A stretch of DNA of 64,000 nt from a virus: positions 1-64,000 of the IMG/VR virus record IMGVR_UViG_3300027736_000026; one strand, written 5' to 3'. This document shows positions 19,901 to 28,583 of the stretch, one piece after another (the first letter of the stretch is position 1; each line of letters starts with the position of its first letter). Under the pieces are notes generated by a model. The model was not told the DNA's origin. It saw only the letters and a program-made list of their open reading frames with translations, and made no database searches. The position numbers and the translations under genes were made by a program.

Positions 19901-22900
19901 CTAGACTAATGGGAATTAATTTAGCACAAATGGATATTAATCCCGAAACAGTATTTAGAGAGTCTTTGCAAAACGCTGTCGCTCACGGTCAATCAGGACA
20001 AGAAAAAGGAGTTTTCATTGGAACAAGCGGATATGGAAAACCAAATGAGTTTGCAATTAGTGATGTCGGCACTGGAATGTCCCCTGAAGATGTCTTTACT
20101 AAATTTTTACCATACGCTCAAACAGGAAACGAAGGAGGCAATAAAGGATTGTCTGGATTCGGAATGGGAAAAGCTTCTATTTTCATGGGTTCTAAGAAGT
20201 TCCTTCTTGATACTATAAAAGAAATAAATGGTAGAAAAATAAGAACAATTGTTTCTGGAACTCCAGAAGGATGGAATAATTTTATACAACAGGGCAAAAT
20301 AAGCTTAGATGATAATCTTTTTAATCAACCAAGAGGTGATTTAAATTTTGATGGATTAAAAATGTTTTGGAGAGAAGTTAATCCAGAAAAAAAGAATACT
20401 CCAGTAATGGGAACTACTTTTGCTGCTTCTCCTTCTAAAGAGGGCTATATATCTTATGGAAGTTATTTAGAGAATAGAGCAGGAAAAGTAGCAGAACTTC
20501 CATTTAAATTTACTACTGCTTCTTCTGGTTTATTGAAGCAAACAATTAATACTAGAAATGAAGATCCTAGCTATAGAAAATATTATTTTTCTAAATTTGA
20601 TCCTAGTAAATCTTCAGTACAAAGAACTTTAACGGCAGAAGGTGGAGAAGTAGATATATTGTTTGATCCTCAAGGAGATCCTCAAAAAACTTATGGATAC
20701 GCTCAGATTCCCATGCTGTCAGAGGGAATGAAGTATGCTAACTATAAAGTACAAGGAGTAGACTATATTCCTAAAAGTTTAATGTTTAATGTTAGGAGTA
20801 ATGTTGGTGCAGGTGATCCAAATTATCCTTGGAATACTGACAGAACTGAGTTAAGAGGGCCATTAGGCAAAATGGCAAAATCTGCCGTACAGGATTTAGC
20901 TGCACAATTAAAACGCGCTCAAGAAGATAGCGTTAGGAATGTCCCTTCTTATCAAATGGGTTCTGATCTTGAGCTTCTTGATGTTTCTTCTTCTTTGCCT
21001 AAAGGAACAATGGAGAGTATTGCTGGAAATCCTAAATTCCAAAATTTTGGTACTGCTTTAAAAAGCGTTTTTGAACAAACAATTGGACAGGCTTCTGAGA
21101 TTTTTGATCCAAGAATGGCTAATGCTTCATTTAGAGGTTTAGCTGTTGGAGCTAATTGGATGGGTTTAAATACTGCTTCATCAAAAGAAGTAGGTACGAA
21201 ATCTATAGTTGAACCATTTGCTCATGTAGAGACAGTTATAGATAGAATTAGAAAGATTTCTCAAGAAAAAGCTAAACAAGGAAAGAAAATAAAATCAGTT
21301 GGTAAATTTAGAGACATCTATTCTAGAGAAATATTAGATACTGTTTTTCATGAAGCCGCTCACCAAGTTAATAGAACAGAAGGAGAAGCTCATGCTAAAT
21401 CAATGGCAAGCGTTTGGGCAGCTAACGCAGAGCAAGTAGGCTCTTATTTAAAAGAAATTCAAGGTTCACTAACTCCCGAGTTGATGAACTTCATCATTTC
21501 TACTTATAAGCAAAACAAATCTATTATTGATGAGGGCAAATCTTCAAAGTTTAGAGATTTCGTATCTAATTATTCATCGGGTCATATACCTAATTTTGCA
21601 AAACCAAAAATAAAATCTTTTAAAACAGGAGAAGGCGAAAGAGTTTTAGGTCCTACGGCGATAGTCAATAAGCAAACTAGAGAAAAATTTATTGAAAAAG
21701 TTTTAGCGGGACATCAAGACAAGAGCTATATAAGATACTCCAAAAAAGATAACTCTATTGATGTAGATTTCGTTCGTTCTTCTAGAAGAGGGGATGGAGG
21801 AATGCTTTGGGATAGAGCGGGAAATATAGCTAAACAATTTGATATCCCATTAACTACAAGCGCATTTATACCTCAAATAGAAAATCTTGAAAAGTACGAC
21901 GCAGAAACTAATTCTTTCGGAGACGTTCTCTCTACAGGGTTCCCTCAATTAAAATGGAGCGAAAGAGGTAAAGCTAAAAACACTAAATTAAATGTTTATA
22001 ATAATCACTTACAATATCCAGTAGACTCAAAACGCACATTTTCAGAAGCGCAATCTATATTAAATAATATATATAAATATAACGCTCCTTCTTTAAAAGA
22101 TTCTATTTTGTCTGAATCCACTTATATACAAGATATTGTCAGTTATTTTGCAAAAGGGCATGTCCCTAATTTTAATGCAGTCCAAGAAGCAATAGGAAGA
22201 GAGATGTCCGCTGGATACTCCTCTTCTCAAGTTAAAGTAGGCCAAAGCAGCAAGCTAAAGACAAATTTCAATCCAATGGGATTAGGAGTTTATAACTCCA
22301 CAGAAGGTTCTCTTAATGGTGGAATTGGGTTAGCAGAAAAAGCTGGCATAAACCCCAAAACAAAAGGTATGTCTGCAAGGGGACATATTCCTAATTTTGC
22401 TGAATTTGGTGGGGTAGATTTTTCTATTGCAATTGGTGCCTTGGCTTTGTTTGCTACTTCTATAAAAAGTTCACTTGATTCATTTAAAAATTTAAATCAA
22501 GCATTAGAAGTTACAAAAAAAACTAACGCTGATGCTGCTAAGGCATATGAAGCAGAGCTAAAAAAAGGATCAGGAACGATAGCAAAAGAATTTGCTGCTA
22601 GAGAAAAACTAATACAGGATGAAATTAAAAAAACTTTTACAAACGTAAACAATAAATTAAAATTAACAGGTACTTTAACTGCTCCTTTAGTAATGGGTCC
22701 ACCTACTAGAGATAAATTTGGGATAATTACTCGTTCTCCTCAAGCCGCCTCTGCGGATGAAGTGGCAAGACTAGCAGAATTAAGAGAGCAACGAGCGGCA
22801 AATAGAAAAGAAAAATTAGCTCAACGAGAAGCTGCTAGAACAGGGAAAGCTGAAGCAGAAGCGGCACTTTCTTTAGCAAGCGCTAGTACATTTGATTCAA

Positions 22901-25900
22901 AAACGATGTTTAAATACGATTCAAAGTTTAGTAATTATGCTAAGGCAATTGGAACGCCAGTAGGTTTAGGGGTAAGCGCAGCATCAAATATTGGTGGTCA
23001 ATTTGTTTCTCCAGAAAACAAAACAGGCAAAGCAGCCTATTCTGGACTTGGTGATGTAGCTAGTTTTGCAGGTTTAGGAGCCCAATTTGGCGCTCCCGGA
23101 GCAATTATTGGTGCAGTCATTGGATTTGGATCGGCTATTTTAAAATTTAAAGATGCAAAAGCAGAAGAAGCTATTGATAAAATAAATAAAAGTTTAGACG
23201 AAACAAAACAAAAATCTTCTGATTTTTCTGGCGCTGCACAAGGTTATTCCTCTTCTTTACAAGGGTTGCAAGATGCTTTAAATGACCCTAAAACTAAACC
23301 AGAAGCTTTGTTAAAATTTCAAAATAATTTAACAGAATCTCTTAGCTCTATCCCAGAAGAATTTAGAGTAAAAGTACTAAAAGCGGGGACAGACATAACA
23401 AAAGTCACTGAAGCTATTGCTGGAGTAAATAAAGAGTTGGGAAATACTCAAAAAAATATTGAAAAACAATTACTTATTGCGAATATAATTAAATCAGAGT
23501 CAGGCCTGTTTGACAGTACTTCAGTATCGCCGCAAAATCAAAAAACATTAAATGCCTTATTTTCTTCTTCTTTGAATACAGAATCTATTACGAGTAATTT
23601 TAAAGGGCCAAACGCAACTGATGAAATGAACACTTTTTTTAATAATATAAAAAAACAAGCTATAGGAACGGCACCTATGTATATCTCAGATGAAGGCGGA
23701 GACACATACCTTGGAGAACTTCCTTCCTTAAATAGATCAGCTTCAGAAAGTGTAAAAAAAGAATTACAAGCCAAAGGAGGTCTTCCTGACATATTAGGGC
23801 CTGTTCTCGATTCTGCTTTTAAAACATTTGATGTTACTGCTGTAGAATCAATTATTGATGCATTAAAAAAACAAGGGTTAGCAATTATTGATAGCGCGAA
23901 AAGAGCGAAAATTCTTACTGACATTGTAGATGATAACACTAAAAGGACTATTGCATTTGCCGAAGCTCTAAAACAATTAAATGCAACATATAATGCCTCT
24001 AACCTTTTGATCTCTAATCAAATAGATATAGAGAAAAATCGCGCTAAGGCTATTAGAGAGATAAATAAAATACAAGCTGAAGGTGCGATTTCTGTTCAAA
24101 GGGCTAGAATTAAAGGTCTTTTAGATGCTTCTAGTCCTATAATTAGCGAAGGAGCCAAAAATAATATTCAATCTCAGTTAGATGTTAATGAAATAGACAC
24201 TAGGCAAAGTTCTAAAATACGAGAAGCTTCAAATAAGGTTCTTGATTCTTTTTCAGAGACTATAACTAAAAGAGCCGAAGAAGCTAGAGGCACTATTGTT
24301 TCGGTTATTGAAAATGCTAGAGATGACGCAGCAATAACAAAAGAAAGAAGTATATTTCAAGCGCAAATACAAAAATTAACTCCTCTTATTTCTGCATCAA
24401 TAAAAAGGGTTGCTGAAGGCGGAAATATTGGAGATATCCGAAATAGTTTAGAACAAGAAATTAGAGGGGCGAATAACGCTTTTAAGCCTGAGCAACAGGA
24501 AGTGCTAATTCAATCTCTTAATTTATCTTTCTCTAGTTTCCAAGATACTCTCGCAGAAATCAAAGCTCAAGGAGATGTAGATAGGGAAATTCAGCAAGCT
24601 CAAAGAGAATATCAAAAACAATCATTAGCTTTAAATCAAAGACTTTCTTTTGCTGGCGGTGCCCAAGCTTTGGGTTCAACTGGTAAAACTGGAGTCTCTG
24701 ATCTTTTTGATAGCCTTTCTGAATTAGTTTCAGAATTTAGACAGACTAATGCTATTGGAAACGCTGCTCAAAAGGGCTCTACTTCTTTTAAGTTTTTAGA
24801 TATCTTAACTAATCAATTACAGTTAAATAGAGCTACTGAGGCTCCTGTACCGTATAAAGATGCTCAAAGCTTTAATAAACAAGTTTCTTCTGACTTGAAT
24901 CCATTAGCAGCTACAGCAATTGCAGGAAGAGTTCAGCAAATAAGAGAGAGCTTAGATTTAGCTAAAAATGTTACTGAAATTCAAACAGGAAAATCAACAG
25001 AAGGTACTGCTTTGGGTAAAGCTTTTGATATGGCTAAAGAAGGCGCAGTGAAAACTGCTTTAGATCAAATAGCTTCTCAATTTAAGTTAGAAAACATGGG
25101 CAATTATCTTGACGTATTGCAGCAAGAGGCTAGATATTTAAATGAGTTGACAACTGATCAAAATGAAATTTTGGCGAGGACATTGCCAAAATCTTTGAAT
25201 GATAATTTCAATTCAGTAATAAGAACACAAGTAGGTGATAAATTAGGAGAATTAACTCGTTCTTTAAGTGAGGTTATTAATGAATTATCTACTAAAACTC
25301 AAAAAAATATACTTGATACTGAAATACGAAACCTTTTACCTGCTAATGTAGATCCGAAAGGAAGAGAAGAAATATTAAAACGCATAATAGGATCAGGAGA
25401 TTTAAAAGAAAAAGGAACCAAGGTTCCAGCAACATCGCTGGTCTATTCAAAAGAAAGCGAGGCTAAAATAAGGGCTTCAAGAGAAAAAGAAATCAAGCAA
25501 TTACAAGATTATTTTGAAAGCTTTAACACGCTAAAAGTAGTCGGAGACCAAAGCTTATACGGCAGGACTGCCAGCGAGATAATGGGAAATCCAAACGACA
25601 AAGCAGTAAGAGATGATTATGGCAATATTGAAGGTGGTGTCGTTTATAGGCCGGGTTATCGCGGAGCAAAAACCTTGGCGGATCGAACCGTTAGGGATAA
25701 AGCGATTGAATTGCAAGAAACTTTTGGAACAAGTGATGAATCTGTAAACAGAAATCAAAAAAGATTAAGTCAATTAATTGATTCACGCAAAAAACCAGCA
25801 TTAGGATTTGCTAACGAAAGAATGGATTTTACTGGGACATACAAAGAACTTGTTGATAATATAAATAGAGACTTTCAAAGCTCCATGACAGAACAAGATA

Positions 25901-27774
25901 TAATTTCTATTAAAGAAAAAGATGCAAAAAAAACGAAGATAGCCGAAGGGATCATGCGTCCGCGTACAAAAGAAAGCGAATTTGGACCTTTTGCTGGCGG
26001 ATATAAATTTCCATTAGACGAACCACTTAGTTATCAGTCTCGACTGCCTGATGACATGTTAAAAAGGACAAGAGAGAATATACAGAGGCTTGATGAGTTT
26101 TCAAATAGGAGATTCGATAACGAAGATCTCAATCAGATTAATATTAAAATAGAAGAACTATTAAACAAAAAACAAAAAAGCGCAGAAGAAGAAGAAAAGC
26201 TTTTAAAATTACAAATTGATATCAGAAACAAAACTTTGGAAATACAAAATAAAATTGCTGAAGACCAATTTAAATTGTATTATAAAAGCGCATTTGGCAA
26301 CAAGTTTTTCAAAGACGAAAGAGCGGCTTTTGCTAATGCCAGAATTGAAAGCAATGCTCGCGAAGGGAATGTAGATATAGGAGCTATCACTGAAAAAAAT
26401 ACTACTTACAACAAAGCAGATTTTGCCAGAGACACTGGTCAACTAATTGATACATTTCAAACTGATTTTAAGTCTGGTATTGGCAGCGCATTTGGCGAAG
26501 CTATCAAAGGCACTAAAACCCTTAAAGATGCATTTAGAGACATGTTCCAAGGTATCTTAAATAGAATGCTTGATAAGTCTTTAGAGATGGGAGTTGATGC
26601 TTTGTTTGCTTTTGGTAAAGCCGCTGCTGGACTTAAAAATGGTGGCGAAATAAAGAAATATAATTCTGGAGGTATGGTTACTGGCGGCTCTGGGATGAAA
26701 GATGATGTGCCCGCGATGATGAGCGGCGGCGAGTATGTCATTAAGAAATCTTCTGTTGATAAATATGGATCTGACTATTTAAGGAATCTAAATGGTGGAA
26801 TTATCCCAAGATATGCAACTGGAGGATTCTCTATTGGCCCATTACAAAATGAATTCTTGTACGATAACCCTGATCGCCCAACTTCTGGAGAATACGCTGT
26901 TGATTCTAGATTGTCAGCCGCAGCCCTAACTGACGACAGTAATCCTCAAAATAAGTTAAGACAAGATCGTTATGAAAAACTTGATCAGTACTTACAAGAC
27001 CGAGCGCAATATGAGGCAGACAAGAAGCAGAGCCTTAAAAACTATAAAAATCAAGTAAATAGTACCTTCTATTCGGGATTAGCTGCCGCTGGCATTCAAA
27101 TAGCTTCTGCTGGCCTCACAATGGGAGCAGAAAAATTAAGAACACCTAAAGCTACAGTCGGCAAACCTTATCAGGCGTACTCATCTTCTATGCCTAATTA
27201 TACTGGAAAAAAAGCAAGTGGTGGTTATATTGCTAAATTTGCTGGCGGCGGCTCTACAGGCCAAGACAATATCCCCGCTTTGTTAATGGGCGGCGAATAC
27301 GTCATGAATAAAAAAGCCGTCGATATGTACGGCAAAGATTTCATGGGTCAATTGAATTCTGGTTCTCTTCCTAAATATGCTAGAGGCGGGATGGTGGGAA
27401 CAAGTTATAGTGGTCAAAGCAATACAGACCAGTCTTCTAGCATGGATGAATTAGTAACTGCATTGAATACTTTAAATGATAACTTATCTAAGGATTCGGG
27501 AATAACTCAATCAGAATCAGGAAGGTCTTCTCTTGCTGGAGCTACCCAAGAGTCTGGTATGTCTGTAGTAAATAATATTTCAATTAACATGTCTCAAGGC
27601 GGCGAAGTTACCTCTGAAGCTAACTCCAGCACTCAAAAAGGCGCATCCAATTCCAAAACCGATCAGAACAGCATTCAAAACAATGGCAAACTTGCTGAGT
27701 TACTTAGAAGCAAAGTTGTTGAAGTATTAGTCGAACAAAAGAGACCCGGAGGATTACTTTACTCCAGTAGATAA
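16948..27774 (+). CDS. Tape measure protein (3608 aa) with embedded enzymatic cassettes
   Basis: N-terminal TP901-type TMP core (EFSRQG...LSEAIQRVGSSA...GAVIGNALKTIFTRI), Gly/Ala hydrophobic stretches, long coiled coils and two C-terminal D[DN][VI]PAxxxGGEYV motifs. Internal GHKL and HExxH motifs. Confidence 0.9.
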   Translation: MATSAGSIPITATFNAAQLEKDVLSALTRIQSKSTLNLNTRNFTQPLGKITGLANEFNKSLEASNARVVAFGASAGVIFAVQKSFSALVNTTIDVEKSLTDINIVLNTSSAGIKKFGDQLFEVAKNTGSSFKDAAGAATEFSRQGLGLEETLRRTRDALILTRLSGLDVVSSTEALTSAVNSFTQEALTTTDVVNKLAAVDAKFAVSSRDLSEAIQRVGSSASEAGVSFDELLGIVTSVQQTTARGGAVIGNALKTIFTRIERPQVISDLKDFGITVADISGNTLPTIKIIENLAQSFQNLNPIVKSQVAELVGGVYQINILKAALADVSKQNSAFAEATKASSQAVDDAILKNNALNQSLSALFNATTANFAKFAVSIGESSVAPGIRKVLDYVNSALESYNEKDSESIGKKIATGLLTGITSFVTGPGLALGALAVGKLIGNFASFAGDATKNILGLNSLGRQQAVLQGEISNILSNNPQLIQQIIAGSKSRLQVEKEIKQTLIEQAAVSEMLKKSSASIAYGYIASGLGVSTSGGITGKRGSAGGYIPARQQASEMVGAMQGGYTPGKVIAAPKSIGGVMNTAEKVKYIPGFAQPYILPPQGSRAAQSLASKSMAKNGINPYMARGFVPNFGGPPPLDNAGRYGDNDYWYSSKSGKTSLSEVRLKDKDGNPDKAAWGGPDKGFYRTDGLPFTATDLNKFVRAGVTYGEIRRYLPDSFVQDDPRAKAGVSLDQLKKEYKPGAKIATVESVKEEAKRVFEPFTPPASMLIWDLAGKNSDQDEIVDLEKLTEDKKQAGRSFRIKIRALSGSPLNEEKFGLIDKTSKFARDITKKLATGIPGAKSDYSDKEVDSYFNKTGKNYNVLAGTIFEAGTNLAASYVRDQEFNKTASKLSAIGGDFDVKGGANLANVQKFFPGFTDSYGDYKLNNSYDAIREFIDKVRKEFPLEIGNHFDKQESKIAGIKTSAKGFIPNFAQKDFQTVNTARLMGINLAQMDINPETVFRESLQNAVAHGQSGQEKGVFIGTSGYGKPNEFAISDVGTGMSPEDVFTKFLPYAQTGNEGGNKGLSGFGMGKASIFMGSKKFLLDTIKEINGRKIRTIVSGTPEGWNNFIQQGKISLDDNLFNQPRGDLNFDGLKMFWREVNPEKKNTPVMGTTFAASPSKEGYISYGSYLENRAGKVAELPFKFTTASSGLLKQTINTRNEDPSYRKYYFSKFDPSKSSVQRTLTAEGGEVDILFDPQGDPQKTYGYAQIPMLSEGMKYANYKVQGVDYIPKSLMFNVRSNVGAGDPNYPWNTDRTELRGPLGKMAKSAVQDLAAQLKRAQEDSVRNVPSYQMGSDLELLDVSSSLPKGTMESIAGNPKFQNFGTALKSVFEQTIGQASEIFDPRMANASFRGLAVGANWMGLNTASSKEVGTKSIVEPFAHVETVIDRIRKISQEKAKQGKKIKSVGKFRDIYSREILDTVFHEAAHQVNRTEGEAHAKSMASVWAANAEQVGSYLKEIQGSLTPELMNFIISTYKQNKSIIDEGKSSKFRDFVSNYSSGHIPNFAKPKIKSFKTGEGERVLGPTAIVNKQTREKFIEKVLAGHQDKSYIRYSKKDNSIDVDFVRSSRRGDGGMLWDRAGNIAKQFDIPLTTSAFIPQIENLEKYDAETNSFGDVLSTGFPQLKWSERGKAKNTKLNVYNNHLQYPVDSKRTFSEAQSILNNIYKYNAPSLKDSILSESTYIQDIVSYFAKGHVPNFNAVQEAIGREMSAGYSSSQVKVGQSSKLKTNFNPMGLGVYNSTEGSLNGGIGLAEKAGINPKTKGMSARGHIPNFAEFGGVDFSIAIGALALFATSIKSSLDSFKNLNQALEVTKKTNADAAKAYEAELKKGSGTIAKEFAAREKLIQDEIKKTFTNVNNKLKLTGTLTAPLVMGPPTRDKFGIITRSPQAASADEVARLAELREQRAANRKEKLAQREAARTGKAEAEAALSLASASTFDSKTMFKYDSKFSNYAKAIGTPVGLGVSAASNIGGQFVSPENKTGKAAYSGLGDVASFAGLGAQFGAPGAIIGAVIGFGSAILKFKDAKAEEAIDKINKSLDETKQKSSDFSGAAQGYSSSLQGLQDALNDPKTKPEALLKFQNNLTESLSSIPEEFRVKVLKAGTDITKVTEAIAGVNKELGNTQKNIEKQLLIANIIKSESGLFDSTSVSPQNQKTLNALFSSSLNTESITSNFKGPNATDEMNTFFNNIKKQAIGTAPMYISDEGGDTYLGELPSLNRSASESVKKELQAKGGLPDILGPVLDSAFKTFDVTAVESIIDALKKQGLAIIDSAKRAKILTDIVDDNTKRTIAFAEALKQLNATYNASNLLISNQIDIEKNRAKAIREINKIQAEGAISVQRARIKGLLDASSPIISEGAKNNIQSQLDVNEIDTRQSSKIREASNKVLDSFSETITKRAEEARGTIVSVIENARDDAAITKERSIFQAQIQKLTPLISASIKRVAEGGNIGDIRNSLEQEIRGANNAFKPEQQEVLIQSLNLSFSSFQDTLAEIKAQGDVDREIQQAQREYQKQSLALNQRLSFAGGAQALGSTGKTGVSDLFDSLSELVSEFRQTNAIGNAAQKGSTSFKFLDILTNQLQLNRATEAPVPYKDAQSFNKQVSSDLNPLAATAIAGRVQQIRESLDLAKNVTEIQTGKSTEGTALGKAFDMAKEGAVKTALDQIASQFKLENMGNYLDVLQQEARYLNELTTDQNEILARTLPKSLNDNFNSVIRTQVGDKLGELTRSLSEVINELSTKTQKNILDTEIRNLLPANVDPKGREEILKRIIGSGDLKEKGTKVPATSLVYSKESEAKIRASREKEIKQLQDYFESFNTLKVVGDQSLYGRTASEIMGNPNDKAVRDDYGNIEGGVVYRPGYRGAKTLADRTVRDKAIELQETFGTSDESVNRNQKRLSQLIDSRKKPALGFANERMDFTGTYKELVDNINRDFQSSMTEQDIISIKEKDAKKTKIAEGIMRPRTKESEFGPFAGGYKFPLDEPLSYQSRLPDDMLKRTRENIQRLDEFSNRRFDNEDLNQINIKIEELLNKKQKSAEEEEKLLKLQIDIRNKTLEIQNKIAEDQFKLYYKSAFGNKFFKDERAAFANARIESNAREGNVDIGAITEKNTTYNKADFARDTGQLIDTFQTDFKSGIGSAFGEAIKGTKTLKDAFRDMFQGILNRMLDKSLEMGVDALFAFGKAAAGLKNGGEIKKYNSGGMVTGGSGMKDDVPAMMSGGEYVIKKSSVDKYGSDYLRNLNGGIIPRYATGGFSIGPLQNEFLYDNPDRPTSGEYAVDSRLSAAALTDDSNPQNKLRQDRYEKLDQYLQDRAQYEADKKQSLKNYKNQVNSTFYSGLAAAGIQIASAGLTMGAEKLRTPKATVGKPYQAYSSSMPNYTGKKASGGYIAKFAGGGSTGQDNIPALLMGGEYVMNKKAVDMYGKDFMGQLNSGSLPKYARGGMVGTSYSGQSNTDQSSSMDELVTALNTLNDNLSKDSGITQSESGRSSLAGATQESGMSVVNNISINMSQGGEVTSEANSSTQKGASNSKTDQNSIQNNGKLAELLRSKVVEVLVEQKRPGGLLYSSR
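18580..22401 (+). repeat. Six dispersed peptide motifs xxG[FYH][IV]P(NF) within the TMP
   Basis: SAGGYIPAR 18580, MARGFVPNFG 18823, SAKGFIPNFA 19843, YSSGHIPNFA 21571, FAKGHVPNFN 22147, SARGHIPNFA 22372. Confidence 0.9.
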
Positions 27775-28581
27775 TTCTTTAATCTTAGAGTCTATAGTCA
27801 GTATAGCCTGATTATAGATTTGCTCTATATTGTTATCTTTGGCTAGTGGCAAGTTTAAGAAAGGAGTCTTCTCTACTTTAAGAATAAAAGGATGGCTAGA
27901 GTATTCTTTGCCTGTAGGTTTATTTAAAGTGACGCGATATCGTTTTATATAAATCTCACCAGTAAGGAAGTTATCTTTAATTTTTTCATCCAATTCTACA
28001 AAAGTAGAGCCCTGTTCTCGCTTGACGTTTAATACCGAGAAGAATTTTAAAACCTTTTTGTCGTGCTTACCTAAGATTAAGCTTACTTTTGCTCCCTTGC
28101 CAGAGCCACCATCTAGGTCTGCTTGCTCAAAGTTTTGAGTGAATTTACCATTGTTAATTAAATGGAGTTCGGTAATACCTCCATTGCTATCAACAGATTT
28201 GACTTGGAGAATAGCTCTTTCATTTCTATCGTTGCTAGAATCGAAATAAGTATTTTTATTAATGTTAACATATTCATTTAATTTATATCCAGACCCAGCT
28301 TCGGTAATTTCATTCACTAATGCAGTATAATAAGTAACAAAATAACAATCAATAGTGTCTCCATCTAAAACTAAATCATTAATGGTGCTATCGATTTTAA
28401 TTGTAGAATTTGACTCTACTGTAAAGACTTTATTATAATTAATAACGTTAGCACGAACGACAGAGAATGTCTCTTCATCGCCTATGATTTCGATCTCTTT
28501 GCCGGGGGCAATTATGGACCAATCTGCTAAATTATTAGAATAAATGAACTCATCACCAAAACAAAATAATACATCTGTCAT
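27754..28581 (-). CDS. Hypothetical tail-associated protein
   Basis: Last gene of the tip operon, with an EAGSGY...ITELHLINNG...GGSGKGA structural-repeat motif. Overlaps the TMP stop convergently by 21 nt. Confidence 0.55.
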   Translation of the reverse strand: MTDVLFCFGDEFIYSNNLADWSIIAPGKEIEIIGDEETFSVVRANVINYNKVFTVESNSTIKIDSTINDLVLDGDTIDCYFVTYYTALVNEITEAGSGYKLNEYVNINKNTYFDSSNDRNERAILQVKSVDSNGGITELHLINNGKFTQNFEQADLDGGSGKGAKVSLILGKHDKKVLKFFSVLNVKREQGSTFVELDEKIKDNFLTGEIYIKRYRVTLNKPTGKEYSSHPFILKVEKTPFLNLPLAKDNNIEQIYNQAILTIDSKIKELSTGVK

Positions 28582-28583
28582 AC

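Noticed and set aside
25300-26200. Possible additional cargo segment in the distal TMP (less coiled-coil-like, seemingly more CG-containing codons)
   Set aside because: It is not bounded by the delimiter motif and has no recognisable catalytic motif. The compositional impression is unquantified.
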